A stretch of 52,433 nt of DNA from Patescibacteria group bacterium (GTDB lineage: Bacteria > Patescibacteriota > Minisyncoccia > Phycocordibacterales > CAIRYW01). The notes under the pieces are model-generated. The model was given only the letters and a program-made list of their open reading frames with translations. It was not told where the DNA came from and did not search any database. The stretch covers positions 1 to 52,433 of the forward strand of contig JAZKAJ010000016.1 of assembly GCA_040389185.1 (NCBI GenBank). The letters run 5' to 3'. A program made the position numbers and the translations under genes. Of the stretch, positions 10,368 to 19,661 are shown piece by piece (position 1 is the first letter of the stretch; every line of letters starts with the position of its first letter).

Positions 10368-10655
10368 CTAAATGAGTACAATAAGCTGAAGTATGAATCC
10401 AACAAGAAGTAGTACCCCTCCAATAACACCCCATTTTCTTTGAGAAAGGCGGTCTTGAACCTGTGGTAGTTTTAAATTTTCTTCGTCAGTACCAGACCAA
10501 CGAGAAACACCTAATCGTAATGCTTCTTTTTGAGAGATAAACAAACCTTTTGCAAAAGCGATGCTTCCTAGAAAACTTAGTGTGAGTCCAATGATGTTTA
10601 AGTACCTATCAATGCCAACCAATTGAACAGGGGGAAGATTCAAGAATCTAGGCAA
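10368..10655 (-). CDS. Small two-TM membrane protein
   Basis: LNIIGLTLSFLGSIAFA and GGVLLLVGFILQLIVLI hydrophobic helices. Confidence 0.65.
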   Translation of the reverse strand: MPRFLNLPPVQLVGIDRYLNIIGLTLSFLGSIAFAKGLFISQKEALRLGVSRWSGTDEENLKLPQVQDRLSQRKWGVIGGVLLLVGFILQLIVLI

Positions 10656-10718
10656 AGCTGACCATGGAATTACTGAAATAATTAAAGCTACATAAATGAT
10701 AATAAATATCTTCGGAAC

Positions 10719-11837
10719 ATGAAGTTCGATGTGACTGAACGACCAGTATTTAAGGAAATATTAGCTGACATTAAAAAAGGAAGATTTAATGGAATTCTTG
10801 CATGGGACGCTTCACGAATTTCTCGTAATGCTGGTGATTTAGGTTCAGTAGTAGATTTAATGGATCAAAAGCTACTTATTGAAATTAGAACATTTAGTCA
10901 GGTATTTATAAACTCACCAAATGAAAAGTTCCTCTTGATGATCCTCTGCTCACAAGCAAAATTAGAGAATGATAACAGAGTAATCAATGTTAAGAGAGGT
11001 CTTAGGACAAGATGTGAAATGGGTCTCCGCCCTGGTGTCGCCCCTACTGGGTACTTAAACTCAAAACGAACAGATGAAAAGTGTCAGGCACATATAGATC
11101 CAGAAAGAGCACCAGTCATAAAGAAAATGTTTGAAAAAGTTGCCTATTAAAAATGGAGCGGTAAGAAACTATATACATGGCTTAAATTTGAATTAAATTT
11201 TAGAACCTCGGCAGGAAAGAAACATCTAAGCCTCGGTAACATCTTTCGCATCCTCTACAATCCGTTTTATTACGGAGCCTTTGAATATCCCAAGAATTCG
11301 GGAAACTGGTATCAAGGAAAACACGAAACTATTATTACCAAAGAACTCTTTGATCAAACTATCAATCAACTTAAAAGTAATACTCTTCGAGTTGAAAACC
11401 AAGAATTTGCATTTACAAAACTCATGATCTGTGGACTTTGTGAATCTGGTATATCTGCAGCTGAAAAGTGGAAGAGACAGAAGAATGGTAATGCACATCG
11501 GTATGTTTACTATGGATGCACTAAAGCGAAAGACAAACATTGTAAGTGCGGATATATTGAAGAAAAGGAACTCATCAAACAATTTGAAAAACTGCTTGAA
11601 AATATTGATATTAGTGAGATAGAGATTAGAGAGAAAATCAAAGTTGATATTGATAAATTTATGAAACTCCAGAAGTTTATGTTAGGGACCAAAGAGAAGA
11701 TTAATATAGACACTATTGATATTAGAGGTTATACCAAGTATGTTTTGAAAGAAGGGACAGATGTAGAGAAGAGAGAGTTGTTAGGATGCTTGAAGAGTAA
11801 GATTAAACTGAAAAATAAAATAATATCAATTAATTAA
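10719..11837 (+). pseudogene. Large serine recombinase, 5'-truncated, with in-frame TAA at 11148-11150
   Basis: GILAWDASRISRN resolvase motif, recombinase domain and Cys zinc ribbon (CGLC...YYGC...C) continue in one frame across a single TAA; catalytic Y-x-R-x-S N-terminus absent. Confidence 0.85.
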
Positions 11838-14800
11838 AAGTTTTGAACAGCTTGTCTAGTCTTTGGTCCAAAATATCCTAAAGAAGGACTTAATCCTTTC
11901 GACTTTTGGAATTTAATAAGAGCAGTTTTGGTAGCTTGCCCAAAACGATTTGTCTCGTATCCTGATGATCCTGGGCCAGAAGCAGACACAGTGAACCCGA
12001 CTTTATTTAAAAACTTTTGAAGTTCCCGAACATCTTCGCCGGTCATACCTATTTTAAGATTTCTAGTAAATTTATATAATAAAGGGTTGCTTTTAATAAA
12101 GTTAACTTGATCTACCGATCCTTGATTTTGATAAATCTTTGGCCATTGTTTTTTTAAATCTTCTGCGACTTCCTTTTTCCCCATACTTATAAGATTAGAT
12201 ACTCTAGTTTGAACAGTTGTACCATTAGAATGGGTTTGTCTTGTTGAACTACTATTTGATTGGCTTGATGCGTGTCCAAAAATTGAAAAGGTTGAAAAAT
12301 TCTCTGTCTCACAAGTAATTGTTTTTGCAGAAGAATTTAAAGAACAGCCAGAAAGGGGTGTCCATGTCCCATCATCGTTTCTAAAGATTTGTAATGAAGA
12401 TTCATTAATGTTAGATACATCATCTGATGAATAATTAAATGTTACGGTTAGTCCATGATCAAAAGATGTAATAGCGGTTAAAATATCAGAAAGAGCATGC
12501 AAATCATAAACATAATCACCAACAGCCTGATAACCATCCGGACTTCCAATTGCCCCAAGTGCTACAGATTTACTAAGTTTTTTGATCTGAAAATTAGCAT
12601 TTGATCCAGAGAAAGATTCCGGCACGTGAAGTGAAACACCTTTTCCACTGGAAAGTAATGAAAGATCTCCTCCAGAATCCATTGCTACACTCTCTGCAGT
12701 TTGTGTACCTACATCCGCATCTCCGGCACAATTTCTAGTAGTGAAAGTTTTATCAGAACTGACTGTCTCATTTAGGGAAAGATCTGTGGATGATATTTGG
12801 TAATGATATGTTGCACAAGATACTAATCCTGAAATAATCACGGCATGATTTTGACTTCCTCCAGAGTTTGTTTCTGGTGTTGTAGAGCCATACGAAGTAG
12901 TAAGCCCAAATCGCACAATCGTAGCGAGAGAAGAAGCTATTTCATCCGTTGTAAAATGAATTGATGCCCCGTGTGATGAGGAGTTTGGCGTAATATCAGA
13001 GATTTCTGGTCCCAATGTATCAGGCCCAGATGTATCGTAACCAACACTGTTATCGGTACTATCAGAGGCAAAGTTTGAATTGCCATGCAGATCTAAAACT
13101 TCTCCAGCGTGAATACTTGGTATGATAGTACCCTCTCCACTTATCGAGTTAACACGAAGTATAAAATTAGTATCATCTCCAGAATTATCTATTTCCCAAG
13201 TAATACCGCTTGCGGTACCATTTTGTGTTATGTCTCCTACTACAAATGAATCAATATCTATTGCTTCATTAAATACAACATCGAATGCAATAGGTAAAGT
13301 GTCTGTTGGGTCATCTTGTCCTCCGACTTGATTGATTGTTACCGACGGCTTTGTATTATCGTTTACATTTATTGCAGGTGAATTGTGAAAATTAGGAGAA
13401 GTAGTATAAGGCGCACTAGAATTATTTGAAGCATCAACCAGAATTATACTAATCTGGATTTGTGCATTTTGAGACACATTACTTTCTCCAGAGGTAACGA
13501 TGTGTGTAATAGTATATGTACCATTATGATTATCAACAAATGTATCTGGTGTAACTCCATTAATACTAATAGTTCCCGCAGTATACCCGGAGTTATCCGC
13601 TGTAATATTTATCGTCAGGGTATCTCCTACATGCAGCGCACCTGTTGCCGGAGAGAAAGTGACACCTGAAATTATTGGGCCATCTGTATCTGGTGCGTTA
13701 TACGTCCTCGTAAGTTGTGTAGCTTGTGTACTTGTATTTCCAGAAGAGTCAGATGCGACAGCGGCAGATACATCCACAGTCACTGAACTACCAGTAGGTA
13801 AAACATCAAACGTATATGTTGTCCCACTACCAGAAAAATTTTGGATTGTACCGTTTCCTACCGTAACATCCCCAGAAATAAATCCTGTTACACTCTCACT
13901 AAATGTAACTGTGACGGGTATAGGTGAATCACTGGTTGGATTAGATGCAGTTGTTGAAAGAATGACCGTAGGTCTTGTTTTATCAAATGTCACAGAACCA
14001 GAACCTGAGGTGACTGTCCCGCCATTATTTTCTGCCGTATCATGAAAACTTGAAATGCTATAAGTAATCGTTCCTCCTATATCAGAAGTATTTGTAACAT
14101 AGGTAGCTGTAAAATTATTTCCTAAAGAATTTACAACAACAGTATCCGTTACAGGACTGCCTCCGGAGCTAAATGAGACAGTTGGTGAAGAAATGGATTC
14201 GACACTTGTAAAACTTAGAGTGACAGTATCTCCGACTTTAGCGTATGTGGTATTTGAATTACTTGATGAAAGTGAAACACTCGAAATAGTTGGTGATGTT
14301 TTATCAAATGTAACATCTGAACCAGATGTGACGGAACTTACTTGGACACCATTATTAGTTGCAAGATCAGTGAAGTTTATGGTAAATGTCACAGTACCAT
14401 TTGTATCACTTGAAGTAAGGGTAGCTGAAGCGGTAAAGTGGCTCGCATCGACACCTTGTGTAACAGTCACATTACTTCCGCTTTCAGCACCGATCGTTAC
14501 TATCGGTGGATTAATATTTTCACTAGAAACAATAATGAGAGTAATCGTATCTCCAACTTTTGCCAAAGTCTGAGTTGTGTTGCTTGAAGAAATTGTTACA
14601 GTTCCTAGAGTTGGTGCGGTACTGTCAACCGTGAGAGTGGCGGTAGACTCTCCAGAAATATTACCTGCAGCATCTAGAACAAAAAGTTTATAACTACCCG
14701 ATGTAGAAGGTGCAAGGATCGTTGTGGCTGTGCCCCCAGCTGTTGTCATCGTGCTACCTGGAGAGAAAACAGTTGTACCAGATGGAGCAAACCATACAGT

Positions 14801-17773
14801 ATTGTATATATTTGAAGATGAAGAAATGGAGACTGAAGCACCGCCTTGTTTAGTAGTATTTGAAGCGAAAACGGTATCTTGGTTTGTTGGCGCAGTCTTA
14901 TCAAAAACCACAGCACTACTATCTGTAGTAGTGGTAACTGCACTTGCGGGATTTCCAGATAAGTCAGTGGCAGTAATAGAAAATGCTACAGAGCCTTCAG
15001 TATCGCCCGATATCATCGTATATGTGGCGCTCCAATTATTATCTGATGTATTTTCAACAGAAACAGAATGTCCAGCAATTGATACAACAGGCGTTACAAT
15101 TCCTTCATTTGAAGTGAAGTTAAGAGTAATAAGATTGCCTACTTTAGCTAAAGTTGTTGAGGCGTTATTTGAGAAAATAGCCCGGCTGGTTAGTGTTGGA
15201 GGAATAGTATCAACATCTTCTGTAAGAAGTGTTTGTTCTGAAGATGTTGCAATATTTCCTGCAGTATCAGTAGAGACCACAACATAAAAATAGTTTGTAG
15301 AAGGAGAAAGTCCTGTGATACCTACAGAGTGAGTGATTACGAAAGATGCCGAAGTAGAATTTGCTGTGTACGCACCAGATACTGTACCGTAAGAAACTTT
15401 TGAGTTTGAGCTATCTCCTGTTGTGGTCCATGTAACTGTAGCTGTCACAGAAGTTGTAGTAGAAGCCACAGAAGTAATTGAAGGTGCTGTGCTATCAATT
15501 GTTACAGAAAGGCCGGAAGAGAGACTTGATATATTGCCAGCCAAGTCAGTCTGTTTGGCTTTTATAGTTTTAGTTCCCGAAATAGCAGAAGAAGTGATAG
15601 TGACAGCACTCGAAGAGCAAGTACCAGTACCAAGTGAAGTAGTATTATCTGTGCCATCAATCAAGGTTACTGTAGCTCCAGTTTCACAACTTATAATAAA
15701 ATCAGGAGTAGTGTCCGTAGTGATGTTGTCTGTCGAAGAAGAACCACTATCAGTACCTGCCGTCATATCTGGAGTGCCAGGAGCTGAAACTGTAGTATCT
15801 ATCACAATCGCCTTGTTTGCAGCCAAATTTGTAACAGGAACAAAATTCGTCATTGAATTTAGTACGGCATCTTTAATAGTGCCCGAGAGAGAATTCACCG
15901 TTAAGTCAGAAGTGGTATCTCCGACTTGTACAGTGTAATCACAAGTACCCGTTGTAGCATTCGATACCGTGAATGTACAAGTTCTATCTGTAGTACCTGT
16001 TTCTAAAGTGACTGTAACATTCCCGGTAGAAGTGACCGCTTCAGAAAATGTAACATCTATATCAATAACTTCACCGACAGTATAGTTTCCATTAGCTTTG
16101 TCTGAAGAAACATTAGTAATAATAGGAGAAGTATTGTCAAAAGTAATACCTGTTCTTGTTATTGAAGTTGCGGCATTCCCGAAAGCATCACTCCCCGCAA
16201 AAACAAAAGTATAAACAGCTCCAGAAACCAGACTGGAAACGTTTGAGGTACATCCATTTGTCGTGTCAGAAAGATTTATAGTATGAGATCCAGAATTCAA
16301 AGCTGTACCTTTAAGTGTACATGTATGCACAGTAGCATCTGCAGTACCTGAAGTACGGGTTATTGTAATAGACCCGCTCCCAAGAGCTTCACTTGTAGTA
16401 AAAGCAACAGCGGAGGACGATGTTACATTATTGATTGTAGTGGAATTTGCTGGAGTAACAGATGAAAAAATGGGAGCGGTATTATCAATTGTTATACCTG
16501 TTGCTGCAGTCGATGTTGCATAGTTACTCGAAGTATCTCTTGCAACTGCAACAATACTATAAGAAGAACCGTCCACAAATGAGGATGAATTAAAACTACT
16601 TATGAAAGGAGATACCACCTCTCCGCCGAGAAGCGTTCCATTTATATAATATTTAACACCAGCAACCGAAACATTATCCGCTGCAGTGGATGTAAGAGCC
16701 ACAGAACTCCCTTGTATAGTGGATCCGGTCGTAGGTGCGGTCAAAGTAACCGTGGGAACTGTCGTATCAATTACGTTTACGGTTGGAGAGGAATTGTCTG
16801 AAAGTGTAGTAAGTGTTGATGATTCATCTGTTCTAGACTTTATAGTAAACAAACTCGCTTCTGGTGCGCTCGGTGCAACAGCTCTACCTGCACCAGTACT
16901 ATCTCCATAAGTTACAGTAATTGTATTACCATTTACAAGACTAATAGCATTTACAACAATATTATTACCTGAAAATCCTGGCACAAAAGAACTATTACTT
17001 GCACCGATAGAAAATCCGTCTGTGTAAATAGTACTTCCCTTTACAGAGTTGTTTGTAATTTCAAAACCATAGCTTTTGACTGCTGTTCTTGCAGCTGGAA
17101 GAGAAGTGAATGTAAAGAATACGTGAGTCCAGGTATTAGCAGTAACGAGACTTCCGAGTGATAGTCTTGTTTCAATTTGGTTTGCAAGACCATCTGTGGT
17201 GGAATATTCAAATGCTAACCTACCGTTCGCTATAGCAGTGTCCGTGTAGATCCAAAAACCTACCGTAGTATACTGTGACCAATCCTGAGTGGTAGTAAGG
17301 TTATTATAAAATTTACCGCCGGGACCATCTCCACTTGGAAGGTTATTGTTGACACATTTTAATGAATTGCTGCCGGAATGATGAAATGAATCGATGGTGA
17401 GCCCTGGAGTACATGCACCACCGTTCGTAGTCCAATGATCAATCGCTTCAGCTTCATCGAACACAATACCTACAGTACCAGTCGTCGAAACCGTTGTATA
17501 TCCAGCAGTACTTGCATTCCCTTGTGGAGTACTCCATGTAGACGGAACACCTATAGAAATACCTCCACCACTCAATGTTTCTGCAGCAGTATAAGTAAAT
17601 GTGAGTTTGTTGGTTGCAGTATTTACAAGAGGAGAAGTTAGAGGAGTAACAACAACTGAGGCAGAACCTGAACCATTACTCGCATAGACAAGGCCTGTGC
17701 CAAAAAATAAAAAAAAGGATGTAATAAAACATATCATCCAATTGATTTTCATTTTTTTATAAATGTGTTTCAA
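11834..17773 (-). CDS. Giant secreted surface protein: tandem Ig-like/FN3-like domains and C-terminal peptidoglycan-binding domain
   Basis: 1979 aa, signal peptide, Ser/Thr-rich beta repeats (D-x-T-x-P-T), C-terminal LKIGMTGEDVRELQKFLN...FGQATKTALIKFQ...GYFGPKTR. Confidence 0.85.
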   Translation of the reverse strand: MKHIYKKMKINWMICFITSFFLFFGTGLVYASNGSGSASVVVTPLTSPLVNTATNKLTFTYTAAETLSGGGISIGVPSTWSTPQGNASTAGYTTVSTTGTVGIVFDEAEAIDHWTTNGGACTPGLTIDSFHHSGSNSLKCVNNNLPSGDGPGGKFYNNLTTTQDWSQYTTVGFWIYTDTAIANGRLAFEYSTTDGLANQIETRLSLGSLVTANTWTHVFFTFTSLPAARTAVKSYGFEITNNSVKGSTIYTDGFSIGASNSSFVPGFSGNNIVVNAISLVNGNTITVTYGDSTGAGRAVAPSAPEASLFTIKSRTDESSTLTTLSDNSSPTVNVIDTTVPTVTLTAPTTGSTIQGSSVALTSTAADNVSVAGVKYYINGTLLGGEVVSPFISSFNSSSFVDGSSYSIVAVARDTSSNYATSTAATGITIDNTAPIFSSVTPANSTTINNVTSSSAVAFTTSEALGSGSITITRTSGTADATVHTCTLKGTALNSGSHTINLSDTTNGCTSNVSSLVSGAVYTFVFAGSDAFGNAATSITRTGITFDNTSPIITNVSSDKANGNYTVGEVIDIDVTFSEAVTSTGNVTVTLETGTTDRTCTFTVSNATTGTCDYTVQVGDTTSDLTVNSLSGTIKDAVLNSMTNFVPVTNLAANKAIVIDTTVSAPGTPDMTAGTDSGSSSTDNITTDTTPDFIISCETGATVTLIDGTDNTTSLGTGTCSSSAVTITSSAISGTKTIKAKQTDLAGNISSLSSGLSVTIDSTAPSITSVASTTTSVTATVTWTTTGDSSNSKVSYGTVSGAYTANSTSASFVITHSVGITGLSPSTNYFYVVVSTDTAGNIATSSEQTLLTEDVDTIPPTLTSRAIFSNNASTTLAKVGNLITLNFTSNEGIVTPVVSIAGHSVSVENTSDNNWSATYTMISGDTEGSVAFSITATDLSGNPASAVTTTTDSSAVVFDKTAPTNQDTVFASNTTKQGGASVSISSSSNIYNTVWFAPSGTTVFSPGSTMTTAGGTATTILAPSTSGSYKLFVLDAAGNISGESTATLTVDSTAPTLGTVTISSSNTTQTLAKVGDTITLIIVSSENINPPIVTIGAESGSNVTVTQGVDASHFTASATLTSSDTNGTVTFTINFTDLATNNGVQVSSVTSGSDVTFDKTSPTISSVSLSSSNSNTTYAKVGDTVTLSFTSVESISSPTVSFSSGGSPVTDTVVVNSLGNNFTATYVTNTSDIGGTITYSISSFHDTAENNGGTVTSGSGSVTFDKTRPTVILSTTASNPTSDSPIPVTVTFSESVTGFISGDVTVGNGTIQNFSGSGTTYTFDVLPTGSSVTVDVSAAVASDSSGNTSTQATQLTRTYNAPDTDGPIISGVTFSPATGALHVGDTLTINITADNSGYTAGTISINGVTPDTFVDNHNGTYTITHIVTSGESNVSQNAQIQISIILVDASNNSSAPYTTSPNFHNSPAINVNDNTKPSVTINQVGGQDDPTDTLPIAFDVVFNEAIDIDSFVVGDITQNGTASGITWEIDNSGDDTNFILRVNSISGEGTIIPSIHAGEVLDLHGNSNFASDSTDNSVGYDTSGPDTLGPEISDITPNSSSHGASIHFTTDEIASSLATIVRFGLTTSYGSTTPETNSGGSQNHAVIISGLVSCATYHYQISSTDLSLNETVSSDKTFTTRNCAGDADVGTQTAESVAMDSGGDLSLLSSGKGVSLHVPESFSGSNANFQIKKLSKSVALGAIGSPDGYQAVGDYVYDLHALSDILTAITSFDHGLTVTFNYSSDDVSNINESSLQIFRNDDGTWTPLSGCSLNSSAKTITCETENFSTFSIFGHASSQSNSSSTRQTHSNGTTVQTRVSNLISMGKKEVAEDLKKQWPKIYQNQGSVDQVNFIKSNPLLYKFTRNLKIGMTGEDVRELQKFLNKVGFTVSASGPGSSGYETNRFGQATKTALIKFQKSKGLSPSLGYFGPKTRQAVQNF

Positions 17774-17886
17774 GAACTATATTATACAATATATTAATAT
17801 TGTAATACAGAGAATTCACTATTAATACTGTGAATAAATAATAAATTATTTGACTCATTTCTAACGCACCTCGAGCTAGCTGTTGT

Positions 17887-17976
17887 TGGCGGAGAGAGCG
17901 AGATTCGAACTCGCGAGACCGGTTAGGGTCCGGCGGTTTAGTAAACCGCTGATTTCAGCCACTCATCCATCTCTCC
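17887..17976 (-). tRNA. tRNA-Ser(ACU)
   Basis: Acceptor GGAGAGA/TCTCTCC, G73, encoded CCA, long variable arm; anticodon arm GCGGT-TT-ACT-AA-ACCGC. Confidence 0.88.
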
Positions 17977-17996
17977 ATATATTCACTTTGTTCAAA

Positions 17997-18101
17997 TGGA
18001 GCCCGCTTACGCGGTTTGATGGATTCGCGGCTCGACGCTTTAGCTATCGCGTCGACTCGAGAGAAAGCAGTTTCTCTCTCGTTCATCTCATCCATCTCTC
18101 C
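17997..18101 (-). ncRNA. Candidate structured RNA beginning with the tRNA-Ser 5' end
   Basis: 21-nt direct repeat (17962-17982 = 18087-18107); multiple hairpins; GGAG/CTCC closing stem ending in CCA. Confidence 0.45.
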
Positions 18102-18184
18102 ATATATACTATACGAGAGACAATATATCCTATTTTACGGATTTAGTATATAGAATGAGAGCGGACGTGCACAAAGTATCCAAA

Positions 18185-18712
18185 CTATTTTGATTCTTTA
18201 AGTTCAAGTGAAATATCAAGTATTACTTCATCTGAAAGTAGGAATCCTCCTGTCTCAACAGGGGCATTCCAAGTAAGTCCAAAATCCTTTCGACTGAGAC
18301 TTCCTTCAATATCAACACCTGCAATCTGAATCCCATCGTTATTTTTTGAAATACCATTGAAGTGAGCAGTAAATACAATTTCCTTTGTCACTCCATGCAT
18401 TGTAAAATTACCCATTACTTTATAGACATCCCCTGCTTCTTGTGTAATCTTTGTTGATTCAAATGTAAGCTCTGGGAATTTTTCTACTTCAAAAAAATCT
18501 GGAGACTTCAAATGCCCGTCACGCTGCTCATTATGAGTACTGATGCTTGCCGCTTTCGCAGCAAACTTTACTTTTGCGGTCTCGAAATTTTGACCCTCTC
18601 CCACAACAGAACCACTAAAGTCAGCAAATTTACCCTTCACTGTCGAAACCATCATATGCTTTATTTTAAAACCAATCTCTGAGTGCACACTATCAATATT
18701 CCATGTTGTCAT
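18185..18712 (-). CDS. yceI: YceI family protein
   Basis: WNIDSVHSEIGFKIKHMMVSTVKGKF, RDGHLKSPDFF. Confidence 0.93.
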   Translation of the reverse strand: MTTWNIDSVHSEIGFKIKHMMVSTVKGKFADFSGSVVGEGQNFETAKVKFAAKAASISTHNEQRDGHLKSPDFFEVEKFPELTFESTKITQEAGDVYKVMGNFTMHGVTKEIVFTAHFNGISKNNDGIQIAGVDIEGSLSRKDFGLTWNAPVETGGFLLSDEVILDISLELKESK

Positions 18713-18755
18713 AATTCTTATTTGCTTTAATGTATAAAAATGATATCCTATATCA

Positions 18756-18778
18756 AGTACTATAGATTATATAGTACT
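18756..18778. promoter_or_regulatory. Candidate HxlR operator between divergent yceI and hxlR
   Basis: AGTACTATA-N5-TATAGTACT inverted repeat. Confidence 0.45.
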
Positions 18779-18796
18779 ATAAAAAATATAGCAACA

Positions 18797-19108
18797 GTGA
18801 AAAGAACAATAAATAAAACCGAAGAGAAATGTACCCGGAACCTCGAAATATTTGGAGACTTTTGGACATTATGGATCATCGAGGCGCTCTCCAAAGAAAA
18901 TCTCCGTTATTGCGGCATTCAACGGGCCCTTCAGAATATTAATCCTGTAACCCTCACCAACAGGCTCCAAAAACTTGAAAAAGTAGATATCATCAAGAGA
19001 ACTAAAGACAAAGCTGACAAAGTCTCTGTGACATATAGCCTCACCCTGCTTGGCAAAAAAACCCTGCCAATCATTAACGCAATAAACAATTTCAGAGCGA
19101 AAAACTAA
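18797..19108 (+). CDS. HxlR-family winged-helix regulator (probable GTG start at 18797)
   Basis: C..LEIFGDFWTLWII, LTNRLQKLE, VTYSLTLLG. Confidence 0.85.
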   Translation: MKRTINKTEEKCTRNLEIFGDFWTLWIIEALSKENLRYCGIQRALQNINPVTLTNRLQKLEKVDIIKRTKDKADKVSVTYSLTLLGKKTLPIINAINNFRAKN

Positions 19109-19218
19109 ATATTTCTAAATCATATCAATAGTCAAAATTAAAACTAATTTTGACTATTTTTACTTCATAGTATATAATACTTAGGTATACTAACTATTAG
19201 TAACACTTACAACTATAT

Positions 19219-19653
19219 ATGAAAGAAATCAATAAAATAAAAGAAGTGACGCTCGAGACAGCTCTCTTGAATCTTCGTCGAACAATGACAGATGCGCTCA
19301 AGGACCAGGCAGTGAAACTCGGTCAGTCTGTAGCACACATCGAGGTCTTGAAGTTCGTTTTTGAAGCAGGAGACCCAACAATGAAGTCCCTGTCGGAACA
19401 CTTGAAGATCACTCCCCCGTCAACTTCCGCTCTCGTTGAAGGACTTGTTGAAAAGGGATTTCTCGAGCGAATAGTAAATCCAAAGGATCGAAGAACCATC
19501 CGAATCAAGCTTACTACAAAGTCGCACAAGTTATTTGTAAAACTCCACAAAAGCAAAATATCCATCTTCAATGAAATATTGAGCAGACTGAATTCTGAAG
19601 ACAAGAAACAACTCGCCCACCTACTTACAAAATGTTTAAGCATTAAAAAATAA
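19219..19653 (+). CDS. MarR family transcriptional regulator
   Basis: LSEHLKITPPSTSALVEGLVEKGFLER...DRR...LT. Confidence 0.92.
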   Translation: MKEINKIKEVTLETALLNLRRTMTDALKDQAVKLGQSVAHIEVLKFVFEAGDPTMKSLSEHLKITPPSTSALVEGLVEKGFLERIVNPKDRRTIRIKLTTKSHKLFVKLHKSKISIFNEILSRLNSEDKKQLAHLLTKCLSIKK

Positions 19654-19661
19654 AACAACTT

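Larger units (their letters stand above)
10078..17894. mobile_element. ~7.8-kb genomic island integrated in the tRNA-Ser(ACU) 3' end
   Basis: GCGGAG core at both ends; separates the tRNA from its trailer; contains a large serine recombinase remnant. Confidence 0.7.

Noticed and set aside
11148-11150. Stop-codon recoding or read-through in the recombinase
   Set aside because: TAA is the commonest stop in the window and the gene is also 5'-truncated; simple nonsense mutation is more parsimonious
13122-17641. Several plus-strand ORFs inside the giant gene (and similar antisense ORFs across the window)
   Set aside because: Antisense shadows of clearly identifiable genes
17887-17976. AGA/AGG reassignment to Ser suggested by the ACU tRNA
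   Set aside because: AGA encodes a conserved Arg in RecG (AERFG), so AGA remains Arg
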